NCBI GenBank assembly: GCA_963744185.1
Contig: CAVUSR010000014.1
Span: forward strand, 1,524 to 65,523
Source of the DNA: an uncultured Acidobacteriota bacterium
Lineage (GTDB): Bacteria > Acidobacteriota > Terriglobia > Terriglobales > Acidobacteriaceae
DNA: 64,000 nt
Reading direction: 5' to 3'
The translations under genes and the position numbers were made by a program. Below the pieces are notes generated by a model. That model searched no databases and was not told where the DNA came from. It was given only the letters and a program-made list of their open reading frames with translations. Shown here in pieces: positions 55,851 to 64,000 of the stretch (its first letter is position 1; every line of letters starts with the position of its first letter).

Positions 55851-57117
55851 ACTTCAAGGATTCCACGGGGTCCATCTGCGCGGCGCGCGTGGCGGGTACG
55901 GTCCCGAAGACCACGCCAACAATGACGGCGGCGGCGAGTGCGATCACGATAGAGAGGAACGAAATGGGCAGGGGGTAGTCGGTGAAGAGGCGCACTGACA
56001 GTGGCAGCGCCAGGCCGAGGATGGTGCCCACGACTCCGCCCGTGAGCGAGATGATGATGGCCTCGGCGAGGAATTGGAGCTTGATCTCGCGATAGGTGGC
56101 GCCGAGGGCTTTGCGAATGCCGATCTCGCGGATGCGCGAGCGCACCGTGGCCAGCATGATGTTCATGATGCCGACACCGCCGACGGCCAGCGTGACAGCG
56201 GCCACCAGGACAAGCACTGCGGTGAGAATGTTGGAGATGGTGGCGGCCATGCTGAGGACCTCGCGCAGGTCCTGGGTCTTGTAGACGGAGTTCGGGCGAT
56301 GGCGTGCGCTGATGATGCGGCGGATCTCCTTGGTCGCATCGGGGACCTCGTTCATGCTGCGCATGGAGAAATAAATCTGCTTCACATTTTCGCTGCCGGA
56401 GAAGTGGCGGGCGACGGAGAAGGGGATCAGAATGGTCTCGTCCGCGATTTCGGATTCGCCGAAGTCGGTAACGCTCTCTTTGAAGACGCCAATGATGGTG
56501 AAAGGAATGCCGCTGATCTCGAATTCGCGGCCCACGGCGGAGTCGGTGCTGCCATAGCGCAATTTGGCGAAGGTCTCCGTGACGACGGCAACCGGGTCGT
56601 GCGCCTGATCGTCGGCTTCGTCGAGGAATCGGCCGTAGGGAACGAGCAAGTTGCGGATGTAGCGGTAGTCGGGGCTGACGCCGAGGACGAGCGTGTCCTT
56701 GACGACACCGCCGCCGAAACTGATGCGATCATGCATTTCGAGCACCGGAGAGGAGTACATGATGCCGGGGAGTTGCGCATCGACCGCTGCTTCGTCGTCG
56801 CGGGTGAGGTAGTCGTTATAGATCACGTTTTCGGTACCGGCGGCGCCGCCCCCGGCATATTCGAGCTCAACTTCGTTGGTTCCGATCTTTTGAATTTCGC
56901 TGAGGATGAATTGCTTGCCGGTCATGCCAATCGTGACGACCAGGATTACAGAGGCGGTACCGATGACCATGCCCAGCGCGGTGAGTGCGAAACGCAGCTT
57001 GCTGGCGCGGAAGCTGTCCAGGGCAATCCTGAGGATCTCGCTCAAGACCATGGTGCGGCGCGCGCTCAGGAGTGTTTCCTGGAAGGCGGCGCGTTGGGCG
57101 GTTTCGACTGGGTTCAT
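55843..57117 (-). CDS. ABC transporter permease, MacB/FtsX type
   Basis: 424 aa with an N-terminal TM helix, a large periplasmic MacB-PCD-like domain and a C-terminal FtsX module (GGVGIMNIMLATVRSRIREIGIRKALGA). No ATPase gene is adjacent. Confidence 0.85.
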   Translation of the reverse strand: MNPVETAQRAAFQETLLSARRTMVLSEILRIALDSFRASKLRFALTALGMVIGTASVILVVTIGMTGKQFILSEIQKIGTNEVELEYAGGGAAGTENVIYNDYLTRDDEAAVDAQLPGIMYSSPVLEMHDRISFGGGVVKDTLVLGVSPDYRYIRNLLVPYGRFLDEADDQAHDPVAVVTETFAKLRYGSTDSAVGREFEISGIPFTIIGVFKESVTDFGESEIADETILIPFSVARHFSGSENVKQIYFSMRSMNEVPDATKEIRRIISARHRPNSVYKTQDLREVLSMAATISNILTAVLVLVAAVTLAVGGVGIMNIMLATVRSRIREIGIRKALGATYREIKLQFLAEAIIISLTGGVVGTILGLALPLSVRLFTDYPLPISFLSIVIALAAAVIVGVVFGTVPATRAAQMDPVESLKYE

Positions 57118-57362
57118 GGCCTCGCAAGCTCTCGCTACAGAGTTGAAGATGCACCGAGTGGTTCTGGGGCTTCCGGAAATGGTTAGACGGAAGCGCAGGG
57201 GTAACTGTCTCTATCCTACGGGCTGCACATCGGGCGGCCTCAGGGCGCGGCGTCAGGCCCCGGGAGGGCGGCCGCTACGAGGCACGATCCGAGAATCAAG
57301 GGGCACGCGGCTGGGTCGGTCTCGATGGCGGATACTGTTCTAGATTGGCCTGGGCCGCGGAA

Positions 57363-58332
57363 TCAGGCCGCCTCTTCCGAACCGCCACCTGCCCGGGTGC
57401 GATGCTTTGCCTCATCCCGGAACCACGGAATGGTGAGGCCCAATCCCTCGGCTAGGTCAACCTTTGGCTCCCAGCCAAGCAGATCCCGCGCCTTGGAGAT
57501 ATCGGGACGGCGCTGTTTTGGGTCGTCTTCCGGGAGAGGTTCAAAGACGATTTGGCTGGTCGGAGCCGGTGATGGAGAGAACAGCCTGGGCACATTCAAG
57601 AATCGTGAACTCCACCGGGTTCCCGATATTTACCGGCGTGTGCTCGTCGGAGTGCATCAGGCGGAGCTGGCCCTCGATCTGATCGGCAACGTAACAGAAG
57701 CTGCGAGTCTGACTGCCGTCCCCGTAAACGGTGAGGTTGGCTCCTTCGAGAGCCTGACGCAGGAAATTCGAGATGACGCGCCCGTCGTTGGCCTGCAGGC
57801 GCGGTCCATAGGTGTTGAAGATGCGCACCAGGCGCGTGTCCACGTTTTCGTAACGGTGATACGCCATGACCAGGGCTTCAGCGAAGCGTTTGGACTCGTC
57901 GTAGACAGACCGCGGGCCGATGGGATTCACGTTACCCCAGTAAGTTTCAACCTGGGGGTGAACGAGCGGATCGCCGTAACACTCCGAAGTTGAACATTGC
58001 AGAAAGCGCGCGCCGTACTTTTTAGCGATCTCGAGCGCATTGCGCACACCAATCGAACCGACCATCAGCGTTTCAATGCCATAGGTCGCATAGTCTACCG
58101 GGCTGGCAGGGCTGGCCATGTTGAACACCAGGTCGACTTTTCCGGGATCGAAAGGGTGAGTAATGTCCTGTTCGGCAAAGTCAAAACGCGGCTCATTGGA
58201 GAGATGAGCGAAGTTGCGGTAGTTGCCGGTGAGAAGATTGTCGACCCCGATCACATGGTGGCCATCGCCCAGAAGGGCGTCGACCATATGAGACCCGAGG
58301 AACCCGGCTGAGCCGGTCACTAAGGCGCGCAT
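57363..58332 (-). pseudogene. UDP-glucuronate decarboxylase (UXS-like SDR), frame broken by a 1-nt indel near the 3' end
   Basis: [15 protein letters not shown]..., ...YDESKR... and ...[24 protein letters not shown] are in one frame. The conserved C-terminus [33 protein letters not shown] is in track ORF 57363..57599. The junction is at the CC/GG run 57558-57559. Confidence 0.8.
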
Positions 58333-58688
58333 CCTAATGACTCTCCCTGGAAAGCTAATGTTATGGGAACCGCTCGGCGGAAAGGTGGCAAAATTTTGGG
58401 TGGCTCGATGACAATTTCGCCATCTTGATGTCGCGAACACCTATCAAAGCTCAAGACGGGCCGTTCAATGTCAATTTAACCAGCCATATGGCAGGGGAAG
58501 CTCACATCCTCAATCATCTCATAAGGGTGGATGGAAAACTGTCGCGAATTGACAGAGGGAACCGTTCCGCGTGTCCTCAACGCTTGCAGATCGATGACTC
58601 CAGACGGTTCGCAGAGAAGAGACCGAGGAACGATGGAGTGCCGACATTCGTTGCGCCGGTCGATCGTTCCATCTAAACTTGCGTTAGT

Positions 58689-58772
58689 GCGGAAGTGGTG
58701 AAATGGCAAACACACTAGCCTTAGGAGCTAGCGCCGCAAGGCTTAGGGGTTCAAGTCCCCTCTTCCGCACCA
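58689..58772 (+). tRNA. tRNA-Leu (anticodon TAG), CCA encoded
   Basis: Acceptor GCGGAAG/CTTCCGC, anticodon stem CTAGC/GCTAG with loop CTTAGGA and the long variable arm typical of Leu. T arm is GGGG-TTCAAGT-CCCC, discriminator A, then CCA. Confidence 0.9.
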
Positions 58773-58841
58773 GGGCGCACTAGCACTCCCGGGCAAGACT
58801 CTCCTTTCGTTCCCCTCTTTCCGTCGGAGTAATCTGGGGGA

Positions 58842-59147
58842 GTGATGAATCCAAATCCGCAGCCTCAATTGAACGTAGCGCAGGCACCCGACTACCGCGA
58901 AATCTACGCAAATTCCGTGCAGGTTCGCGTCAGCGTATGGGATTTCCAACTTGTATTTGGACTGGCATCGAGCGATGCGCCTGACCAGGTGACGATCAAG
59001 AATCATGGGGCGGTGTACTTGAGCCCGCAACAGGCGAAGGCACTCTGGAATGTTCTGGGACAGAATCTGGCGCAATATGAACAGGCATTCGGGACGCTCA
59101 GCCTGGAACCGCAAACCATGAATTTTCCGCACGGGCCGATCCACTGA
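58842..59147 (+). CDS. DUF3467-like small protein
   Basis: About 100 aa. YREIYANSVQVRVSVWDFQLVFG... and ...VYLSPQQAKALWNVL match my recollection of the DUF3467 pattern. Start is GTG 58842 or ATG 58845. Confidence 0.7.
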   Translation: MMNPNPQPQLNVAQAPDYREIYANSVQVRVSVWDFQLVFGLASSDAPDQVTIKNHGAVYLSPQQAKALWNVLGQNLAQYEQAFGTLSLEPQTMNFPHGPIH

Positions 59148-59192
59148 CGTTGATTTCCTGGTGATTCTGTGAAGTGAACGCGCGGCCTGCCG

Positions 59193-60086
59193 ATGAAAGT
59201 TGTGGAGGCAGGCATGGCGGAACGTGCGGAAATGGTGGAAGCCGCTCTCGAGGTGTATCGGGAGGGGCTGGCTCTGCTGGATTGCGAAGATCGGGTGATC
59301 TTCTGGAATCGGGCTGCGGAGTCGATGACGGGGTATCCCAGTGCCCAGGTGCTGGGGCGGCACATTCCGGGAGCGCTGGAAGGTTTGACAAGCTGCCCGA
59401 CCTCGGACGTAGACGGCCGGAACGCTTCCGAAGTCCGGGGATCGGTGGTGCATGCGCAGCATCTGCGCGGGCACGATCTGCCCATGGTGACGCGACAGAT
59501 GGTGTTGCGTAATGGGCTGGGCGAGCGGATCGGGACGGCGGCTGTCTTCCACAGCACAGAGCAGAAGGCGGCCCTTGCGCACGCCCCCATCGGCGACAGC
59601 GCCGAGGTGATCTCCGACCAGGCTGATCTTGAGGAACGGCTCGAATTTGAGTATCAGGCCTCTCTCCAGGGCGGCGCCCCGCTGGGCATCCTTTGGATCA
59701 GCGTCGACCAGGCACACGAACTGCGCAGAACCCATGGAGCAAGAGCATGCGAGGCGATGCTCGAAGCGGTGGAGCGGACGTTAGCGAACTCGTTGCCTGC
59801 CAGCGAAGACCTGGGTCGCTGGAGCGGTGACGGTTTTCTGGTCATTGCGCGCCAAGGCGCGGGCGAGGTGCTGGCGGCGCATGCGCAGGCACTGACGGGG
59901 GTTGCGCGGACGGCGGACTTCCGGTGGTGGGGCGACAGAATCTCAATTACGGTAAGCGTGGGATTGGCAGTGGCCGAGGGAGTGGAACCGCTGCCTGACG
60001 TGCTGCAGCGAGCGCGGCTGGCGATGGAAGCCAGCGTCCACGCAGGCGGCAACCATGTGAGCGTGGCGCCTGGGAGGCAAGCATGA
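59193..60086 (+). CDS. PAS-domain protein with a degenerate GGDEF domain (SGDGF)
   Basis: The N-terminal PAS is GLALLDCEDRVIFWNRAAESMTGYPSAQVLGRHI. The C-terminal GGDEF-like fold carries RWSGDGFLVIA instead of RxGGDEF. Its stop overlaps the motA start (ATGA at 60083-60086). Confidence 0.8.
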   Translation: MKVVEAGMAERAEMVEAALEVYREGLALLDCEDRVIFWNRAAESMTGYPSAQVLGRHIPGALEGLTSCPTSDVDGRNASEVRGSVVHAQHLRGHDLPMVTRQMVLRNGLGERIGTAAVFHSTEQKAALAHAPIGDSAEVISDQADLEERLEFEYQASLQGGAPLGILWISVDQAHELRRTHGARACEAMLEAVERTLANSLPASEDLGRWSGDGFLVIARQGAGEVLAAHAQALTGVARTADFRWWGDRISITVSVGLAVAEGVEPLPDVLQRARLAMEASVHAGGNHVSVAPGRQA

Positions 60087-60967
60087 TTGCCATTGTGGGG
60101 ATCCTCATCGTGTTCGCGGCCGTCATTGGGGGATTTCTGATGGAAAAGGGCCACATGGCGGTTCTGGTGCAGCCGGCCGAGTTACTCATCATTGCGGGCG
60201 CTGCCACGGGCACTCTCCTGGTGGCCAATCCAATCCACATTCTGAAGGGAATCGTGGCGGGGTTGATGGGAGTGCTGAAGGGATCGAAGCTGGGCAAGGA
60301 GCGCTACCTGAGCACGCTCCGCATGATGTACCAGTTTCTGAACAAGGTGCGCAAGGAAGGTTTGCTCAGCGTGGAGAATGACGTGGAGAAGCCCGAGGCG
60401 AGCGCCATCTTCAAAAACTTTCCGGAGTTTCTGAACGATCATGCTGCCCGCGACTTTGTATGCGACACCTTGCGCATGGCGATCACCGGGGGCGTGGAGC
60501 CGTTCGATATGGATCAGATGATGGAACTGGATATGGAAGTGCATCACCATGACGCGACCGAGCCGGTGGGCGCGCTTTCTTCCACGGCGGATGCGCTCCC
60601 GGGGCTCGGCATCGTGGCGGCGGTGTTGGGGGTTGTGATCACGATGGGGGCGCTTGGGGGGCCGCCGGAGGAGATTGGCCACAAGGTGGCGGCGGCGCTG
60701 GTAGGAACGTTTCTGGGAATCCTGCTGTGCTACGGGGTAGCTGGTCCGCTGAGCGCGAATATGGCCAAGTCTGCAGAGGAACACAACGGCTATCTGCATG
60801 TGTTGAGGGTGTTGCTGGTGGCGTTCCTGAAGGGGGCGGCCCCAATCATCGCGGTGGAGATGGCACGACGCGCCATCCCGGCGCACTTGCGTCCTAGTTT
60901 CGACGAGATGGAAAAAAGCTGTAAGGGGCAATCGAGCGAAGCAGCGGCTGCCCCGGCCGCGGCGTAG
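60083..60967 (+). CDS. motA: MotA-type stator proton-channel protein
   Basis: 294 aa. MIAIVGILIVFAAVIGGFLMEKGH..., ...LPGLGIVAAVLGVVITMG... and ...AALVGTFLGILLCYG give the typical MotA four-TM topology and motifs. Confidence 0.9.
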   Translation: MIAIVGILIVFAAVIGGFLMEKGHMAVLVQPAELLIIAGAATGTLLVANPIHILKGIVAGLMGVLKGSKLGKERYLSTLRMMYQFLNKVRKEGLLSVENDVEKPEASAIFKNFPEFLNDHAARDFVCDTLRMAITGGVEPFDMDQMMELDMEVHHHDATEPVGALSSTADALPGLGIVAAVLGVVITMGALGGPPEEIGHKVAAALVGTFLGILLCYGVAGPLSANMAKSAEEHNGYLHVLRVLLVAFLKGAAPIIAVEMARRAIPAHLRPSFDEMEKSCKGQSSEAAAAPAAA

Positions 60968-60978
60968 GAAGGGTACGT

Positions 60979-61869
60979 ATGTCGCCTGGCAAGGTTCAAC
61001 CAATCATCGTGATCAAGAAGAAGGTGGGTCATGGCGGCCACCATGGCGGCGCGTGGAAGGTGGCCTACGCGGATTTTGTGACGGCGATGATGGCCCTGTT
61101 TATCGTGTTGTGGCTGATGGGTTCGAGCGACAAAGTGAAGAAGGCGGTGGCGGGATATTTCAATGACCCCAAAGGGACGGCGAACCTGTTGGGGACGACG
61201 ATGGCGGGTGACGGAATCGCGGTGACGACGCGGCCGGACGATGCGATGAAGTTTTTGAAGGAGAGGCTTGAGGGCGAGATCAAGCAGAAAAAGGAGTTGG
61301 AGAAGCTATCGAAACAGATCGAGATCACCATCACCGCGGAGGGTTTGCGGGTCGAGCTACTGGAGGGCAAGGACGGAACGTTTTACCAGAGCGGCAGCGC
61401 GCGGTTGAGCGAAAGCGGGCAGGAGTTGCTTGCGCTGCTGGCAAAGGAGCTGAAGGCGCTCCCGAACCGGCTCTTGATCGAGGGGCACACTGACGCGACG
61501 CCCTACTCGAACGATCTTTCTTACAGCAACTGGGAGTTATCAGCAGATCGGGCCAACGCGGCGCGAAGACTGATGCAACAGGATGGAGTGCGCGCCGACC
61601 AGGTGAGCCAGGTGCGTGGGTACGCTGACCAACTGCTTCGGGTGAAGGCGAATCCATATGATCCCGGCAACCGGCGGATATCCATCCTGGTGAAGAACGA
61701 GGGGGGAGTTGAAGCCAAGATTCCGGAGACCCACGGTACGGAGGCGCAGAAGGTGGCGGGGCCTGGAGCGGGACCCGGGCGGAGCGGTGAAACCTGCTCA
61801 ATAGAGAACTTGCAAGAAAGTGCCGGAGGAGTGGAAGCTCCTCCGGCACGATGTGGACGCCCTGGTTAG
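60979..61869 (+). CDS. motB: MotB-type stator protein with OmpA-like peptidoglycan-binding domain
   Basis: GGAWKVAYADFVTAMMALFIVLW carries the conserved channel Asp. The OmpA-like region is LLIEGHTDATPYSN...SNWELSADRANAARR...RRISILV. Confidence 0.85.
   Translation: MSPGKVQPIIVIKKKVGHGGHHGGAWKVAYADFVTAMMALFIVLWLMGSSDKVKKAVAGYFNDPKGTANLLGTTMAGDGIAVTTRPDDAMKFLKERLEGEIKQKKELEKLSKQIEITITAEGLRVELLEGKDGTFYQSGSARLSESGQELLALLAKELKALPNRLLIEGHTDATPYSNDLSYSNWELSADRANAARRLMQQDGVRADQVSQVRGYADQLLRVKANPYDPGNRRISILVKNEGGVEAKIPETHGTEAQKVAGPGAGPGRSGETCSIENLQESAGGVEAPPARCGRPG
61820..61849 (-). terminator. rho-independent terminator for the minus-strand outer-membrane protein gene, between convergent genes
   Basis: Perfect 12-bp stem GTGCCGGAGGAG / CTCCTCCGGCAC with a 6-nt loop. 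On the minus strand it is followed by TTTCTT. It lies 17 nt after stop 61866-61868. Confidence 0.65.
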
Positions 61870-63998
61870 AAGTCGTAACGAAGGCTGAATTGCATGCGGC
61901 GAGGGACCGTCAACAGCTTGCTGGCGACGCCCAGGTTGCCGCTGGTGAGTTGACCGCCGATGGACGCGGGATCGAAACGCACGGAATTGGTGACGTTGTA
62001 GACCTCCCATGCGAACTTGAGGGCGCTGAACTCGCGAATCTTCCAGCTCTTGCTCAGGCCGGAGTCGGTATCGAAGTAGCCGTCGCCGCGGAAGTTGTTG
62101 CGCTGGCCCGCCTCACCGGGATACGGGAGCCGAACAGGAGTTCCATTGGCGGCGCCGTTATTGATAGAACTCGGGTCATCGAAGAACTGAGGGTTACCGT
62201 TCTGATCGATGTGGCGACGCATCTTGAGGGGAGCGACCTGGACCGCAAAACTTTCGATCTGCCAGTCGGTCGACCATCCGGGCTCATTCAAGGAGAAGGG
62301 TAGCCCGCTGGACCAGCGTTCGATTCCGGACCATTGCCAACCGCCGATAAATGAATCGAGCAGGCCGTTGGCGCCGCCTGCAACCGCTTTTCCGCGGCCG
62401 ACGGGAAGCACATAAACCCAGTCTGTGGTGATCAGGCTGCGCGTGTCGAAGTCCGAGTCGCCCTTGTTGAGGTAAGGCTTCCACGTGTTGAGGATTTCAC
62501 TGATCGATCCAGTGTTGGAAGCATTGGAGCCGAACTCGTTGCTGCGCTCGGTGTCAGAGCCCCAGTCGATGGAATGGGACCAGGTGTAGCTGAGGTCGAG
62601 GGTGAGACCGTGAGCAGAGGGATGGCGCAGGGTGAATTGTGCCGCGTTGTAGTAACTCATGCCAATGGTGGACAAGGCGTAGAGCGACGAGAACTGATCC
62701 TGCCAGAACTTGGATTGATAGCCGTTCGGGCAGCCGTAGGAACAGTAGAAGTCGATGTCAGAGAGGGAAGTGGTTGCGCCGTACTGAGCGCGGTAGGGAG
62801 CCCACTCGTTGGTGTAGATGGCCTGGGTGGCGCTTTCACCTGGATAGTCGACGCCCGCCATGAAGGGGAAGACATCTTCAAAATATTGGATGGCCGGAAC
62901 CGATGCCGAGGAACTGCCGCCGTTCAAGTCCACCAAATGGGAGAGCTGGGCTCCGGCGGCGTAGTAGTCGCCTCCGCCGGCAGGGTCTTTGTAGTCGACC
63001 GGTTCAGCGAGGTCGAGTTCCTGGAGTAGATGACGGCCCATGCGGCCGACATAGGACGTTTCGAGAGAAAAGCCGCCGCCCAACTCGCGCTGAACCGAAA
63101 AGTCGTAGGTTTCGGAATACGGCGTTCTGAGCTTGCTGTCGAGCCCCCATTGAATGCCGAATGCGCCTGTTGGGAAAGTGTAGGGATAGCTGATAGTGGA
63201 CGTGGCAGTGCCTACGTTGATGGGTGGCAGCGTGGACCGGCCCGTGAAACGATAGGCCGGCGGATGCTTCGCGTTGCCTTCAATGCCGTAGACACCGGCG
63301 GGATTGCTGACCTGGGAACTGAGGCCGAAAGAGCCGTTCTGGTCAAACGTATTTACGAGCGCTTCCCCAAAGTGATCGTAGTAGATGCCTGCTCCTGCGC
63401 GCACCGAAGTGCGAGGATTGGGCGACCAGGCAACAGCGAGCCGAGGGGCGAAGTTGTCTTTGGACTTAGGCCAGTATCCGGGCTTGTTGTAGTAGGGGCC
63501 GGAGGGAGCAAACTGCAGATCCGGCTCATAAACCTGTCCCGCCTGCGCGGCCGTTTCCCGCTGCAGATACCAGGCGTGCGTGTCGATGGTCGGAGTGACC
63601 TGCTGGCCGCTGGTTTCGTAAGGAGTTTGCAGGATGGTGTGGCGGACGCCAAAAGTAAGGGTGAGATTGGGGCGGACGCGCCATGCGTCCTGGACGAACC
63701 ACTCAAATTCGTTGGCTTTGAAATGGCGAGGGATCATGGAACCGTCGGCAAGCAGCGATCCGGATGATGCGCTGTCGGCCCGGTAGCTGAAGATGTCCGT
63801 GATCTGGGGAACTGTGCCGACTAGATTGGCGAATGCGATCTCGTAGGAGTTGCCGAAGCCGGGCCCGACGGCAGGCGCACCAATGTTGGTAGGTGGCGGC
63901 GGATTGCCACCCAGCCAATAAGGATTGGTGGTGCCGCTATTGAAGGAGTTGGCGTTGCTGTCGTGATTCTGCTGTATCAGGCGCCAGTTGCCACCCAC
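61866..63998 (-). CDS. outer-membrane beta-barrel protein (TonB-dependent-receptor-like, Acidobacterial type), C-terminal 710 aa; the N-terminus lies outside the window
   Basis: The ORF is open to the window edge. It has barrel-type composition and ends RRMQFSLRYDF (terminal aromatic). It is paralogous in style to 7713..11633. Confidence 0.8.
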   Translation of the reverse strand: MGGNWRLIQQNHDSNANSFNSGTTNPYWLGGNPPPPTNIGAPAVGPGFGNSYEIAFANLVGTVPQITDIFSYRADSASSGSLLADGSMIPRHFKANEFEWFVQDAWRVRPNLTLTFGVRHTILQTPYETSGQQVTPTIDTHAWYLQRETAAQAGQVYEPDLQFAPSGPYYNKPGYWPKSKDNFAPRLAVAWSPNPRTSVRAGAGIYYDHFGEALVNTFDQNGSFGLSSQVSNPAGVYGIEGNAKHPPAYRFTGRSTLPPINVGTATSTISYPYTFPTGAFGIQWGLDSKLRTPYSETYDFSVQRELGGGFSLETSYVGRMGRHLLQELDLAEPVDYKDPAGGGDYYAAGAQLSHLVDLNGGSSSASVPAIQYFEDVFPFMAGVDYPGESATQAIYTNEWAPYRAQYGATTSLSDIDFYCSYGCPNGYQSKFWQDQFSSLYALSTIGMSYYNAAQFTLRHPSAHGLTLDLSYTWSHSIDWGSDTERSNEFGSNASNTGSISEILNTWKPYLNKGDSDFDTRSLITTDWVYVLPVGRGKAVAGGANGLLDSFIGGWQWSGIERWSSGLPFSLNEPGWSTDWQIESFAVQVAPLKMRRHIDQNGNPQFFDDPSSINNGAANGTPVRLPYPGEAGQRNNFRGDGYFDTDSGLSKSWKIREFSALKFAWEVYNVTNSVRFDPASIGGQLTSGNLGVASKLLTVPRRMQFSLRYDF

Positions 63999-64000
63999 TT

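Noticed and set aside
60083-61869. MotA/MotB pair as a Zorya-like (ZorAB) anti-phage stator.
   Set aside because: MotA is 294 aa with standard topology and lacks the long C-terminal tail of ZorA. No ZorC/D-like or other defence genes are adjacent.

Overview
GC-rich bacterial chromosomal window. It is most likely from an Acidobacteriota (Terriglobia-like) genome. That is an inference from two giant CarboxypepD_reg/TonB-type outer-membrane proteins, two Acidobacterial-type VWA proteins and the overall gene content. I can support about 60 protein-coding genes, 2 tRNAs (Cys-GCA, Leu-TAG), several intrinsic terminators and three repeat loci.

Housekeeping blocks: nadC-birA-coaX-(hyp)-RumA-like methyltransferase-comEC; obg; mltG/ruvX-greA; tatA; rsmI; rsmD; motA-motB.

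Observations worth a second look:
1. A minus-strand MoxR-DUF58-DUF4350-DUF4129 operon (13.3-21.4 kb) is extended by three tandem paralogous polytopic membrane proteins, plus an in-frame relic of a further copy. This is my best candidate for an uncharacterised multi-component system.
2. A CysO/MoeZ/Mec/CysM sulfur-carrier cysteine pathway has a carrier ending in GG-Asp. Its genes are separated by a 5.2-kb block of detox-type genes.
3. A PAS plus degenerate-GGDEF (SGDGF) protein is translationally coupled to motAB.
4. An M50-CBS protein has its HExxH zinc site changed to RExxR.
5. A perfect 25-28 bp inverted repeat built from CAGTGRT heptads has a third copy elsewhere, and there is a separate array of about 80-bp degenerate tandem repeats.
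6. Five single-base frameshifts in otherwise well-conserved genes all fall within 44.8-57.6 kb. They could be assembly errors or real decay, and I cannot tell which.

Many long ORFs in the six-frame track are antisense shadows of real genes and were not called.
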